This document shows positions 5,674 through 15,224 of a stretch of DNA of 33,771 bases, piece by piece. This DNA comes from a virus. Taxonomy: Duplodnaviria > Heunggongvirae > Uroviricota > Caudoviricetes. A program made the translations under genes and the position numbers. Position 1 is the stretch's first letter. Every line of letters begins with the position of its first letter. The notes below the pieces were generated by a model, which did no database searches, had not been told where the DNA came from, and worked only from the letters and a program-made list of their open reading frames with translations. The stretch is from IMG/VR virus record IMGVR_UViG_3300025711_000006; one strand, 5' to 3'.

Positions 5674-6335
5674 TGACTGAGTGTGCAAAGAAGGTGGATG
5701 GGTTCCCCGGCGAGATGGTGATGATGCCAATCGCTGGCCAGCGGCCCAAGAACATCATCGCTCGCCAGAAGGTGTTTACGGAGTATGTGGTTCCGATCAC
5801 TACCCCGATTGGTGAGATTGATGAGTTTGGTGAGGAAGTCGAGATTCTTGCTCACGCCACGGAAGATGATGAGGTGTATATCCAACTCTCTTCCCCAGGC
5901 GGAAGTTTGGAAACTTGCGACTACCTGTGTCGCCGAATGGATGAATGCCGAGCAAAGATCGTCGCTGAGATTGGTTTGACTTGTGCCAGCGCTGCTTCAG
6001 CTATGGCTCTGCATGCTGATGAATGGGTGATCTACGACAGCAGCACGATGATGATTCATGCCTGCTCCTATTCTCCAGGGTTCGGTAAGGAATCAGATGT
6101 ACGGGTGAGCGTTGCTTATACAGAGCGTGTTAACCGTGAGTGGGTGGAGCGGACTTACCGTGGGTTCCTGACCGACGATGAATTCGTGCAAATCCTCGAC
6201 AACGGGAAGGACTTGTACTTCTACGCAGAAGACTTGCGTGAGCGTCTGCCTAAGTACGCAGCGTACCGGGCTGAGCGTGAAGAGGCGGAGTTCGCAGAGA
6301 TGCGCCGTCTCTATGAAGAGGCTGAGCAAGATTGA
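5673..6335 (+). CDS. clpP: ClpP-like (S14) serine protease
   Basis: IQLSSPGGS, CASAAS (catalytic Ser), MIH (catalytic His). Start could be 5667, 5670 or 5673. Confidence 0.8.
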   Translation: MTECAKKVDGFPGEMVMMPIAGQRPKNIIARQKVFTEYVVPITTPIGEIDEFGEEVEILAHATEDDEVYIQLSSPGGSLETCDYLCRRMDECRAKIVAEIGLTCASAASAMALHADEWVIYDSSTMMIHACSYSPGFGKESDVRVSVAYTERVNREWVERTYRGFLTDDEFVQILDNGKDLYFYAEDLRERLPKYAAYRAEREEAEFAEMRRLYEEAEQD

Positions 6336-6341
6336 TTGTAC

Positions 6342-6361
6342 GGCGCCCGTTCGCGGGCGCC
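6342..6361 (+). terminator. GC-rich hairpin with UUCG loop after clpP
   Basis: GGCGCCCG-TTCG-CGGGCGCC. The weak U-tail (AATTT) means it may be a stabiliser rather than a terminator. Confidence 0.5.
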
Positions 6362-6380
6362 AATTTAGGACTGATGAGTA

Positions 6381-6761
6381 ATGCCGTTTAAGTTCACTGA
6401 AGAAAATAATGAGACAACCGAGCTTTCTGAAGATTTTGTGCCCCACTGGGCCGACAAGAAACTCAATGGCGAGCTAGAGGTGTATGCCCAACTTTCATCC
6501 CGCGATGGACGCAAGCTGGGAAATGCAATCATCTATCGGGTATTTGAAGAGGCGGTATTACCATCCTTCCTGAAGGATCAAGCTCCGCTCTATGAAATTG
6601 TGACTGACTTCGGACATATGCTCCGACTCAACACAAGTGAAATTGAAGAGGCTTACCATCCCCCAGAGTACCGGATGAAGAAGCTTCACGCAAAGTTGCG
6701 TCGAGAGTACATGCGTAACTACTTGGCGATGGAATGGGCGGTGGTCAATGCGAGCAAGTGA
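6381..6761 (+). CDS. hypothetical protein
   Basis: Co-oriented ORF packed into the operon, preceded by AGGA. Confidence 0.7.
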   Translation: MPFKFTEENNETTELSEDFVPHWADKKLNGELEVYAQLSSRDGRKLGNAIIYRVFEEAVLPSFLKDQAPLYEIVTDFGHMLRLNTSEIEEAYHPPEYRMKKLHAKLRREYMRNYLAMEWAVVNASK

Positions 6762-6978
6762 ACTAATTTCTCGTTCCAGGCACGTTAGGCTGCTGTCCGG
6801 TGATATGCCTGTGCTACTTCAGGCAGATGATGAAGGCAACTCTTACACATATGCCGAGGGTGTGGGTACTTGCTACGTGACCGACGACCTGCAAACCACC
6901 TTTGATAACTTGGCCGAGGCTGAAGAGTACGGGCTGTATGAAGAAGACCTGACCCAGGTTCTAGTGATCTACCCATGA
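6748..6978 (+). CDS. small acidic hypothetical protein
   Basis: Overlaps both neighbours in operon fashion. Confidence 0.65.
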   Translation: MRASELISRSRHVRLLSGDMPVLLQADDEGNSYTYAEGVGTCYVTDDLQTTFDNLAEAEEYGLYEEDLTQVLVIYP

Positions 6979-7463
6979 GGCTGAAGCATATGCTGGCCTA
7001 CCTTGAGTGTGCTGAAGTATTCGCCAAGTGTAGTGTCGGGCAACGGTTGAAAGTGGGTACGGTCATTGTCAAGGGCAACAGGATCATCTCTTGTGGGTAC
7101 AACGCTTTACCAGAGCATCTGGATGGCCCCCTGGAGGATTCCAGCGGCAATACGAAGGCCGAGGTAAGGCACAGCGAGAAGAACGCTCTGATGGGCCTTG
7201 TCCGGTCCTCTGAGAGCGCTAAGGGTGCAATGATGTTCTGCACCCACTCATGCTGCTACCTATGCGCTGTAGACATTGTGGACGCCGGTATTGAGCGTTT
7301 TGTGTTCCGCAACTTCTACCGCGATGATGCAGGGATACAGCACCTGATGAAGGCCGGTGTGGAAGTCTTCTTAGCGGTTGGCGATAAGCTCACGCTGTTG
7401 AAGTTGCAAGACTTCGAACCTATGTCGCCTCGCTGCAAAGAGTCTTGCAACTGCGCAATGTAA
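6975..7463 (+). CDS. dCMP deaminase
   Basis: ISCGYN, HSEKNAL (HxE) and CCYLCA (PCxxC-like) zinc motifs. Confidence 0.9.
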   Translation: MRLKHMLAYLECAEVFAKCSVGQRLKVGTVIVKGNRIISCGYNALPEHLDGPLEDSSGNTKAEVRHSEKNALMGLVRSSESAKGAMMFCTHSCCYLCAVDIVDAGIERFVFRNFYRDDAGIQHLMKAGVEVFLAVGDKLTLLKLQDFEPMSPRCKESCNCAM

Positions 7464-7476
7464 GTAAGGAAGGAAT

Positions 7477-8046
7477 ATGTTTCGCCGGGCTAATTTGCAC
7501 TTCTATGCAATGGCCCTGGTCATTGCCCTGGTAATGCACCCTTGCAATTGGGCCCCAGAGCCCGAACGCAAAGAGAGCGTCCCGGTAGAGCTGAAACACG
7601 TTGAGGCACCAAAGCCAAAGGCCGTGGCCATCGAGCTTACCGATGCTTCCAGGCAGCGCCGCTGCAAGGCGAGCCGGGAATGCGCAAAGATGGCTGAGGC
7701 CCTGGTGTACGAAGCCAGGGGCGAATCCCTCATGGGGGCTGTAGCAGTTGGCTATGTAATTGTTGAACGGACGAAGAACCCCACCCGCTGGCCTAAGACG
7801 GTGAGAGGGGTTATCTCCCAGAAAGACCAGTTCTCATATATCGGTAAGCGGCAGAAAGTAAAGCCAAAGCCGGAAGATTGGGAAAGGGCGTATATAACAA
7901 GTTACCAGATTCTCCATGGGGAGGTTAAGAACCCCATCGGACAATCTGACCATTACCACACGTTGAAAGTAAGACCTAAGTGGGCGAAGAAGATGCAATA
8001 CGTCGCCACTGTAGGCAGTCATAAATTTTACAGGGATATCAAATGA
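7477..8046 (+). CDS. SleB-like cell wall hydrolase (Hydrolase_2) with N-terminal hydrophobic anchor
   Basis: ALVYEARGES, AVGYVIVER, VISQKDQFS, HYH, PKWA, HKFY. Confidence 0.88.
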   Translation: MFRRANLHFYAMALVIALVMHPCNWAPEPERKESVPVELKHVEAPKPKAVAIELTDASRQRRCKASRECAKMAEALVYEARGESLMGAVAVGYVIVERTKNPTRWPKTVRGVISQKDQFSYIGKRQKVKPKPEDWERAYITSYQILHGEVKNPIGQSDHYHTLKVRPKWAKKMQYVATVGSHKFYRDIK

Positions 8047-8315
8047 GCGTCATTGTCGCACTTGCCATCGAAAGCAATATTAGCCTCTCCAACTGCATTG
8101 TTGTAGCTGATAATCCAGACGATGCAGTAGAGAAACTAATCGCTGGCCTTGAGATGTTCCAGGGCGAAGAGATTTGCCTGATTTGTGCGGATGTTCTGCG
8201 TAGCCCCACACTCGATGGGCAGCAAGCAGAAGAGTTTCGCCGCACAGTCGAAGTCCTCTTTGAAGAGTCCGTGCCAGAGTTGTTCACCGCAGGCTACTTC
8301 GCGGAGGAAGAGTAA
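8043..8315 (+). CDS. hypothetical acidic protein
   Basis: ATGA-coupled ORF in the operon. Confidence 0.65.
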   Translation: MSVIVALAIESNISLSNCIVVADNPDDAVEKLIAGLEMFQGEEICLICADVLRSPTLDGQQAEEFRRTVEVLFEESVPELFTAGYFAEEE

Positions 8316-8524
8316 TGGGCGAAATTCACGTAAAACTCACTCCGCTCGATGTAGACGGGAAACTGCTGCAAGTCGGTGATCGTGTTGCATTCTGCCTGGG
8401 CGGGAAGGGCACGGAAATGCGACTAGGCGAAGTAATCAAGGTCACGGCTAAGCAAGTGCTGATCCAGCACCGTGGTAAGAATCAGACCACAGCACGCGCC
8501 TTCGACGCAGTTGCCAAGGTGTGA
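8315..8524 (+). CDS. small SH3/KOW-like hypothetical protein
   Basis: DVDGKLLQVGDRVAF...GEVIKVT pattern; TAATG coupling. Confidence 0.65.
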   Translation: MGEIHVKLTPLDVDGKLLQVGDRVAFCLGGKGTEMRLGEVIKVTAKQVLIQHRGKNQTTARAFDAVAKV

Positions 8525-9825
8525 CTTTGGCAGAGCACATCAAGGAAACGCTGTACGGGCTAACGAAGCGTGCAGAAATCAAGGTCTGGGAAATTGAGGT
8601 TGGGCACTTAGCAGATGGATCTTCGTCAGTAATCATTGTTCGGCATGGCCGCTCTGGTGGTGCAGCTACTCAGCAGGTAACGCGGATTGATGAAGGTAAG
8701 CAGGGCCGCACAGTAATCGAGCAGGCTATATTCGAGGCGAAGGCGAAGATCAAGAGGCAGTTGGATAAAAACTACCGCCATAACGTAGCGGAACTATTCG
8801 ACTTGCCACTCCTGCCGATGTTGGCTACCGATTACCGGAAGCAAGGTCACAGGATGGATTATGACGGTGGAGTCTATGTTTCCGATAAGTTGGACGGATT
8901 AAGGCTCCTGGCGAAGTGCTTCTTTGATGAGAACCTTGGCCACCGGGTTATCACTCTGGAGAGTCGAACTGGCCAACCGTATTCGATCCCCCACATTGAA
9001 GCGGAGCTTCTGGGAATCATGGCTACTGGTGATGTGCTCGATGGTGAGGCATATCTTCACGGCGAATGCCTGGAAGATATCACCTCGGCAGTGAAACGCA
9101 CGGACACACATGCGGCCATTGATAAGGCCGAGCGAAAGTGTGTCAAGGCCGACAAGATGGAGAAGGATCCAAGAGTATCTGATGATGAGTGGTACAAGGC
9201 GAATGAGGCGGCACACGCCGACATGCGCGAAGCGCTACTTATTCACCAGATTCGACCAAAGCTTCAGTTTGTGGTTTTCGATGTTCCAAGCGGTAAGCCG
9301 TGGCATGAACGCTGCGAAGAGCTACACAAGATTTCTCAAGAGCGCTTTGTTCCGGGCGGTTTTGTTAGGTCAGTCGAGTACGCCCTTGTCTTCTCTGAAG
9401 ACGCGATGCGTAACCTTCACCGGCTCGCTGTTGAACAGGGCTATGAAGGCGTCATGCTACGCAATCGCAATGGGCTCTATGAAAGCGGCAAGCGGTCGGC
9501 TGATCTTCAGAAGTACAAAGAGTTCCTTGATGCAGAGTTTCAAGTAATTGGTTACACCCTAGACCTTGAAGGGAAAGTCGTCTGGAAGTGTAAGAACGAC
9601 ATTAACGACCTAGACTTCTTTGTAATCTTTGGCACTGAGGCTGAGAAAGCCGCAATGCTTTCAGAGATTGAGGCCAGGCATGCTGCTGGCCTGCCCTGGC
9701 TAGTCCGGGCCCTGAAAGTTAAGTTTCAAAAGCGATATAAGAAAACGTTGTTGCCGCAGTTCCCCACTGGGGAGATGTTCCGCGATGGCAATTTTGTGAA
9801 TGGTGAGTTTGTTCCTTATGAGTAA
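8521..9825 (+). CDS. lig: ATP-dependent DNA ligase with N-terminal WGR-like domain
   Basis: KLDGLR (adenylation Lys), LDGE, FVVFD, EGVMLR, KYK and OB-fold C-terminus. Confidence 0.92.
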   Translation: MTLAEHIKETLYGLTKRAEIKVWEIEVGHLADGSSSVIIVRHGRSGGAATQQVTRIDEGKQGRTVIEQAIFEAKAKIKRQLDKNYRHNVAELFDLPLLPMLATDYRKQGHRMDYDGGVYVSDKLDGLRLLAKCFFDENLGHRVITLESRTGQPYSIPHIEAELLGIMATGDVLDGEAYLHGECLEDITSAVKRTDTHAAIDKAERKCVKADKMEKDPRVSDDEWYKANEAAHADMREALLIHQIRPKLQFVVFDVPSGKPWHERCEELHKISQERFVPGGFVRSVEYALVFSEDAMRNLHRLAVEQGYEGVMLRNRNGLYESGKRSADLQKYKEFLDAEFQVIGYTLDLEGKVVWKCKNDINDLDFFVIFGTEAEKAAMLSEIEARHAAGLPWLVRALKVKFQKRYKKTLLPQFPTGEMFRDGNFVNGEFVPYE

Positions 9826-10363
9826 CATCTGGTTTACCTCGGACACACACTTTGGCCACAACCGTGTACAGCAGTTTTGCCCAGATACCCGGCCCCAATG
9901 CTCGCTTGATGAACACGATGAGCTACTGATTTACAACTGGAACCAGTGTGTACGCCCAGGGGACCGGATCTATCACCTAGGAGACTTCTCCTTTGCGAGC
10001 GTGGAGCAAACCGAACGGATCTTGCAGCGCCTGAAGGGCGATAAACACATCATCCTGGGCAACCACGATGCTGCATTGGCTGCACCAAAGTTCGGCAACT
10101 ACTTCGCTTCACGGTCGCTGTACAAAGAGATTCGAATCGAGCATCAGAAAGTAGTGATGTTCCACTATCCGATTCATGAGTGGAATCAATGCCACCGTGG
10201 TGCCTTCCATTTGTTTGGCCACGTGCATGCGACCTATGGAAGTGTTCGGGGCAGAAGTTTGAATGTGGGAATCGACAACCGCCCTAACGCGGATATGTCT
10301 CCCTGGAATTGGGAAGAGATTAAGGCTCTTCTCGACAAAAAAGAAATTATTGAACATCACTGA
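9818..10363 (+). CDS. calcineurin-like metallophosphoesterase
   Basis: SDTHFGH, HLGDF, GNHD, FGHVH. ATG 9818 overlaps the ligase end. Confidence 0.88.
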   Translation: MSNIWFTSDTHFGHNRVQQFCPDTRPQCSLDEHDELLIYNWNQCVRPGDRIYHLGDFSFASVEQTERILQRLKGDKHIILGNHDAALAAPKFGNYFASRSLYKEIRIEHQKVVMFHYPIHEWNQCHRGAFHLFGHVHATYGSVRGRSLNVGIDNRPNADMSPWNWEEIKALLDKKEIIEHH

Positions 10364-10374
10364 TGGAAATTATA

Positions 10375-11469
10375 ATGAGGAAGTTGTTTGTACCGCTGCT
10401 TGCGATGGGTATGGTCGTCTTTACTGACGTTTCTTTTGCGGCGTTTGGTGGTTCGCGTGGTTCAAGTGGTGTTTCCCGCAGCTACAGTCGCCCAGCTACT
10501 CCTACATATAGCAAACCGGCTACCACTTACAAGGCGCCTTCGTACTCGGCTCCAAGCTCGACTCCAAGCTACAGCACTCGCAGCAGCAACAACAGCGGCT
10601 ACTCGCGCAGCTACAGCAACGGTAACAGCTCTAACTACTCGCAAGGCAACTACCGCGACACAAGCCGAAGCGATTACAACTACAACAACCGCAGCTCGAC
10701 CATGCGCGATATCGGCGTCACCGCCGCAGGCGTAGGTGGCGGCATCCTGGCAGCTCAGGCTATCACCGCCCTGATTAGCAGCCCTGGCCACCCTGGTATG
10801 TACACCCACCCGCAGTATCCGGGCCAGTACTTCAACCAAGCCGGTGTTCCGATGCCAGCGCCTGTACAGCAGCCCCAGGTAGTGCCGTCGCAGTATGAAG
10901 CACCGCCAGTGCAGCAGTACACCCAGCCGCGTTCGCAGCAGGCCCCGGCGCCGGTAGTGATCTATCAGGCTCCACAGCAGCAGGAGCAGGGCACCACGTT
11001 CTTCGGAGCGCTGTGGGGTTCCCTGTGGTTCGTACTGAAGCTGGCCTTCTTCCTGGGCGTAGTTGGTGCCTTGGCTTACGGCGCGTTCCGCTTGTTCCGA
11101 CTGGGCAAGGCTAAAGTAGCTGAAGAGAAGGTAAACATGAAGTTCGATACATACCGCGAAGGTAAAGAGCTGGATAAGCTCGCCATGGATATCTTCTACA
11201 AGTTCCAGGCGAACAGCGATAACGAAGCATTCGTGCGTAACAACACCCGCTATCTGCCCGTTAAAGAGTGCTTATCGCCTGCTTCCGAAGTGATCGAGTA
11301 CGAACACAAGTTCATCGACTGCAAAGTTGAGCAAGGCAAGCTTCGCGGCACCATCTTGTACCGTGCTGTGCTGAATGATGGGTCTGGTGATGTACGCATT
11401 AACCAGTATTGGAACTTCGAGAAGGAAGATGGCTTCTGGAAGCTGATCGGGTTTGAACAGAATGATTGA
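10375..11469 (+). CDS. membrane/exported protein with low-complexity linker and C-terminal Tim44-like domain
   Basis: Signal-peptide-like N-terminus (MRKLFVPLLAMGMVVFTDVSFA), S/Y/N- and P/Q-rich repeats, a TM segment, and C-terminal QYWNFEKEDGFWKLIGFEQ typical of Tim44/NTF2-like folds. Alternative start 10363. Confidence 0.7.
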   Translation: MRKLFVPLLAMGMVVFTDVSFAAFGGSRGSSGVSRSYSRPATPTYSKPATTYKAPSYSAPSSTPSYSTRSSNNSGYSRSYSNGNSSNYSQGNYRDTSRSDYNYNNRSSTMRDIGVTAAGVGGGILAAQAITALISSPGHPGMYTHPQYPGQYFNQAGVPMPAPVQQPQVVPSQYEAPPVQQYTQPRSQQAPAPVVIYQAPQQQEQGTTFFGALWGSLWFVLKLAFFLGVVGALAYGAFRLFRLGKAKVAEEKVNMKFDTYREGKELDKLAMDIFYKFQANSDNEAFVRNNTRYLPVKECLSPASEVIEYEHKFIDCKVEQGKLRGTILYRAVLNDGSGDVRINQYWNFEKEDGFWKLIGFEQND

Positions 11470-12073
11470 GTACCGGAAGGGTTGTGTGGTTGAAGCGTTC
11501 AAAACTGGACGCTACTACGCCCTACTGCATCAAGCGAACTGCTTCAACACCATGAACTCGGGGGTGGCGAAAGCCATCCGCGAAGAGTTCCCAGAAGCAT
11601 ATGCAGCAGACTGCAAGACGATCAAGGGCGACCAGTTCAAACTGGGCACCTACAGCTATGCGGCAATCAATAAACTATCGGGCTACATCGTGAATCTGTA
11701 TGGCCAGTACAACTACGGCTACAACGGGACCAAGTTCACGATTCCTGACCAGCTTGAAGCCGCTATGGCCGCATTCGCTCGCCACTTCCGAGTAGGTGGT
11801 GAGCTTGGCCTGACTATCTGCCTGCCGCGACTTGGTTGCGGCCTGGGCGGGGCCTCCTGGGAAGACGACGTGCTACCCATGATCGAACGACAACTTATTA
11901 CCCGTGGGTTCGAAGTCCACGTTTATGACCGCGAAGGCGAAGTATGCAAATCTCCAAAAGCTCCTGGCATTACCGATTCAACAGCTTCATCCAGGGCGAC
12001 TCGTTCCGTGATCGAGCGGGCAATCGCAAGTACACAACCTGTTCGTACATCCGAACTACTCTACGAAGTGTAA
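11462..12073 (+). CDS. macrodomain (Appr-1-p processing) protein
   Basis: HQANCFNTMNSGVAKAI, NLYGQ, PRLGCGLGG. Confidence 0.88.
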   Translation: MIEYRKGCVVEAFKTGRYYALLHQANCFNTMNSGVAKAIREEFPEAYAADCKTIKGDQFKLGTYSYAAINKLSGYIVNLYGQYNYGYNGTKFTIPDQLEAAMAAFARHFRVGGELGLTICLPRLGCGLGGASWEDDVLPMIERQLITRGFEVHVYDREGEVCKSPKAPGITDSTASSRATRSVIERAIASTQPVRTSELLYEV

Positions 12074-12378
12074 TCCAGGGCATTGCCTGCTCTGCTGTAG
12101 TCGCCTTTGGTGTAGCCCTGGCTGCGCTGTACGCCTTCTGCATGATCCAAGTTCCGATTGCAGCAGTGTTCGGCTTTACGATCTACAAGGGCACCATGAT
12201 TCCGTGCATTGTCGGCTGGGGAATGGTGATGTTTTGGACGTTCTTTGCCTTGGTGAAGTACACCCTGGCGAAGCTGCGCCCTAAGTTGAACGAACTGCAA
12301 GAGCGGAAGTTGTCCCTGGTCGAGCAACGCATTAAGGATGGCAAAGAAGGCATCTGCACCATTGTGGAAGTTGTATGA
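11944..12378 (+). CDS. hypothetical membrane protein
   Basis: Two hydrophobic segments; ATGA coupling to the next gene. Confidence 0.7.
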   Translation: MQISKSSWHYRFNSFIQGDSFRDRAGNRKYTTCSYIRTTLRSVIQGIACSAVVAFGVALAALYAFCMIQVPIAAVFGFTIYKGTMIPCIVGWGMVMFWTFFALVKYTLAKLRPKLNELQERKLSLVEQRIKDGKEGICTIVEVV

Positions 12379-12647
12379 CCGAAGGAATCATCGCCGGGGT
12401 AGTCTTCTACTTCGCATGCTGGGGGATTTATCGCCTCATCAAGAAGTGGAAGAAGCATAGGAATACTCGCAAGCTGGAATCGGGCCCCACCAATTCGACA
12501 CGCTACGGCAGTGAAGAACTGGATAATGCCATGGATAAACTGAATGGCATCTTGGTGGAGTTAGTGGACTTGGCGGATACCCCGCAATCACGCAAGAAAA
12601 ATTCAAGCTCAGATGACGATACCTGGGGAGGGATCGACTATGATTAA
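12375..12647 (+). CDS. hypothetical protein with N-terminal TM helix
   Basis: GIIAGVVFYFACWGIY followed by a basic patch. Confidence 0.65.
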   Translation: MTEGIIAGVVFYFACWGIYRLIKKWKKHRNTRKLESGPTNSTRYGSEELDNAMDKLNGILVELVDLADTPQSRKKNSSSDDDTWGGIDYD

Positions 12648-13491
12648 ATACCGTATCGGAGCCTCTACTTGCCATGTATCGGTAAGTAAGTTCCCTGGCG
12701 GTGAAGTGAAGGCCGATATTAATGTCGGCAGCACTAATCCAAGTCCAGACACAAGAGCAATCCGTGTTGACGCCTCACTACAAACCAGTGACGACATTAT
12801 TGCACTGCTGTTGACTGTGGATGCACTCCGCCGCCACTTCCCACGGGCTGAGATGGACCTGTGGATGCCGTATATGCCGTATGCTCGCCAGGACCGCCCG
12901 TGCGTTAATGGCGAAGCTCTAAGTATGGCCGTTATGGGCAACCTGATTAATTCGTGCGGCTTTAGTACCGTACTGACTCTGGATGCCCATAGCGATGTTG
13001 CACCCGCAGTAATTAAGAACTGCGAAAACATGCCGCAGGCAAATATCTTCAAAAAGATCGTTGACAACTTTGCGGATTACTATATTGTAGCGCCGGACGC
13101 AGGGGCTTATAAGAAAGCACATAAACTTGCGAACTATCTGGGCGCCAAGGGCGTCATCTGTGCAAACAAAGTACGCAACGTTGCTACCGGCAAGATTGAA
13201 GACACTGTAGTCTCTGATGATGTTGAGGGTTTGAACCTGCTGGTCGCTGATGATATCTGCGACGGCGGTAGAACTTTCACTGAGCTGGCCACCCTGTTGC
13301 GAGCCAAGAAGTGTGCAGCGTTGAAGTTGGTGGTGACTCACGGCTTGTTTACTAAGGGCCTGGAAGTACTGACCGATGAAGGTATGTACGACAAAGTTTA
13401 CACCACCAACTCATATCACACAGACGCCGCTGGCAATACCGACCAATTCGGTATGGTCAACGAAAAGGTCGAGTGGATCACTGTTATCTAA
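12640..13491 (+). CDS. prs: ribose-phosphate pyrophosphokinase-like protein (Adps-like)
   Basis: KFPGGE, PYMPYARQDR, DAHS, VAPDAGA, DDICDGGRT, VTHGLF. ATG 12640 with GGAGG RBS. Confidence 0.9.
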   Translation: MIKYRIGASTCHVSVSKFPGGEVKADINVGSTNPSPDTRAIRVDASLQTSDDIIALLLTVDALRRHFPRAEMDLWMPYMPYARQDRPCVNGEALSMAVMGNLINSCGFSTVLTLDAHSDVAPAVIKNCENMPQANIFKKIVDNFADYYIVAPDAGAYKKAHKLANYLGAKGVICANKVRNVATGKIEDTVVSDDVEGLNLLVADDICDGGRTFTELATLLRAKKCAALKLVVTHGLFTKGLEVLTDEGMYDKVYTTNSYHTDAAGNTDQFGMVNEKVEWITVI

Positions 13492-13520
13492 GTAAGTCCG
13501 TAAGTTAGTAAGTCAGGAAG
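13492..13520 (+). repeat. GTAAG x3 + GGAAG at exact 8-nt period
   Basis: Copies at 13492, 13500, 13508, 13516; TTG start at 13527. Confidence 0.8.
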
Positions 13521-13526
13521 GCACAA

Positions 13527-15224
13527 TTGAATCTCTTCGCTCCGTTTAACAGCGACGGCTATAAGCTCGGCCACGCTGCGATGTACGCTGATGGCACTGA
13601 AAGTGTGTACAGCAACTTAACCCCTCGCTCCGACCGCATTTATCGCCAAAAGGCCACCCGATTCTACGACGGCAAGCTAGTTGTGATCGGCGTCCAGGGC
13701 GCTGTTATGGAGATTGTGGAGAACTGGCAACGGTTCTTCGATATGGATAAGGGCATTGCTATTGCCCGCTTCAAACTGCTCTGTGACCATTACCTGGGCC
13801 CAGGCGTTGTAAGTACCGATAATCTGGCCGAACTCCACGACCTGGGCTTCCTGCCGCTGGAAATCAAAGCCATCGAAGAGGGCCGCAAGGTTCCGATGGG
13901 TATTCCGGTACTGACTATCCGCAACACTGCGAAGCACGCCTATTGGCTGGTGAACTTCCTCGAAACCACGATTAGCGACCTCACGTGGAAGCCGATGACG
14001 AACGCCACGATTGCCGGTGAGTACAAGGCAATGCTGAGGCACTACGCCCAGGTCACTGGTAGTGATCCAGCCGGTGTGCTGTTCCAGGCTCACGACTTCT
14101 CGGCACGTGGTATGAGCGGCCCTGAAGACGCAGCTCGCAGCGGCTTTGGCCACCTCGCTCACTTCCTGGGTACGGATACCCTGGGTGCGGTGCTTTACGC
14201 CATGGAGTACTACGGGGCTAAGGACTTCGTTGCAGCCTCCGTACCGGCCACTGAGCACGCTGTAGCTACAAGCAACATCCTGAAGATCGAGCGTGAACTG
14301 AATCACGATATGGCCGACCGCCTGGAAGCGGAAATGCTGTTTATGCGTGACCTGATTACACGCAAGTTCCCGACCGGCATTGTTTCCTACGTTGCAGACT
14401 CGTTCGATTTCTGGGCTGTACTGACTGATATCCTGCCGCAACTGAAGGACGTTATTCTGGCCCGCCAGAGCAACGGCATCACCCCAGGCAAGTTGGTGAT
14501 CCGCCCAGACTCAGGTGATCCGGTACAAGTTATTTGCGGCATGAAACCGGTGATCGGTGAGAACCGCAAGGCTGTTGAGTTCAATACTGTTACTGAAGTC
14601 CATCAGGCTATCAAGTACCGTATTTTCAACTTCGAGAAAGTAGACTGCGTGAAGATTGGCGGAAAGTTCTATCCACTGACTGTGAAGGAAGGCTACACCT
14701 CCATCGGTTATTCCCCAATTCCATATGAAGTCGTTGCAGGTGCTGTCCGAACTCTGTGGAACACCTTCGGGGGCACTGTAACTGAGAAGGGATACAAGCT
14801 GCTTGATGAGCACATTGGTCTGATCTATGGCGACTCAATCACTCCACAGCGTTGCCTGGAGATTCTGGAACGCCTGGAGTTCGCTGGCTTTGCCTCGGCA
14901 AACGTAGTGTTCGGCGTGGGCTCATATACATACCAGTGCAACACCCGCGATACGTTCGGATTTGCAGTTAAGGCGACTCACACCGTGGTAAACGGACAAA
15001 GCATCTCGATCTTCAAGGATCCGAAGACCGATAGTAAGAAGAAGTCTGCACGTGGGCTGCTGTTTGTTGGTCGCTGCTCTGAGGGCTACCACCTAGAAGA
15101 TGATGTACCTCCTGAGCAGGAAGCCGCAGAAGAGAACTTGCTGAAGCTGCTGTTCAAGAATGGTGAGTTTGTTCGCCAGACCACCCTGGATCAAATTCGC
15201 ATGCGGCTGGAGGGCAGCTTATGA
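13527..15224 (+). CDS. nadV: nicotinamide phosphoribosyltransferase-like protein (Nampt/Namat-like)
   Basis: SDGYKLGH, HDFSARG, GTDT, PATEHAV, DSFD, IRPDSGDP, IYGDSIT, FGVGS. Confidence 0.92.
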   Translation: MNLFAPFNSDGYKLGHAAMYADGTESVYSNLTPRSDRIYRQKATRFYDGKLVVIGVQGAVMEIVENWQRFFDMDKGIAIARFKLLCDHYLGPGVVSTDNLAELHDLGFLPLEIKAIEEGRKVPMGIPVLTIRNTAKHAYWLVNFLETTISDLTWKPMTNATIAGEYKAMLRHYAQVTGSDPAGVLFQAHDFSARGMSGPEDAARSGFGHLAHFLGTDTLGAVLYAMEYYGAKDFVAASVPATEHAVATSNILKIERELNHDMADRLEAEMLFMRDLITRKFPTGIVSYVADSFDFWAVLTDILPQLKDVILARQSNGITPGKLVIRPDSGDPVQVICGMKPVIGENRKAVEFNTVTEVHQAIKYRIFNFEKVDCVKIGGKFYPLTVKEGYTSIGYSPIPYEVVAGAVRTLWNTFGGTVTEKGYKLLDEHIGLIYGDSITPQRCLEILERLEFAGFASANVVFGVGSYTYQCNTRDTFGFAVKATHTVVNGQSISIFKDPKTDSKKKSARGLLFVGRCSEGYHLEDDVPPEQEAAEENLLKLLFKNGEFVRQTTLDQIRMRLEGSL

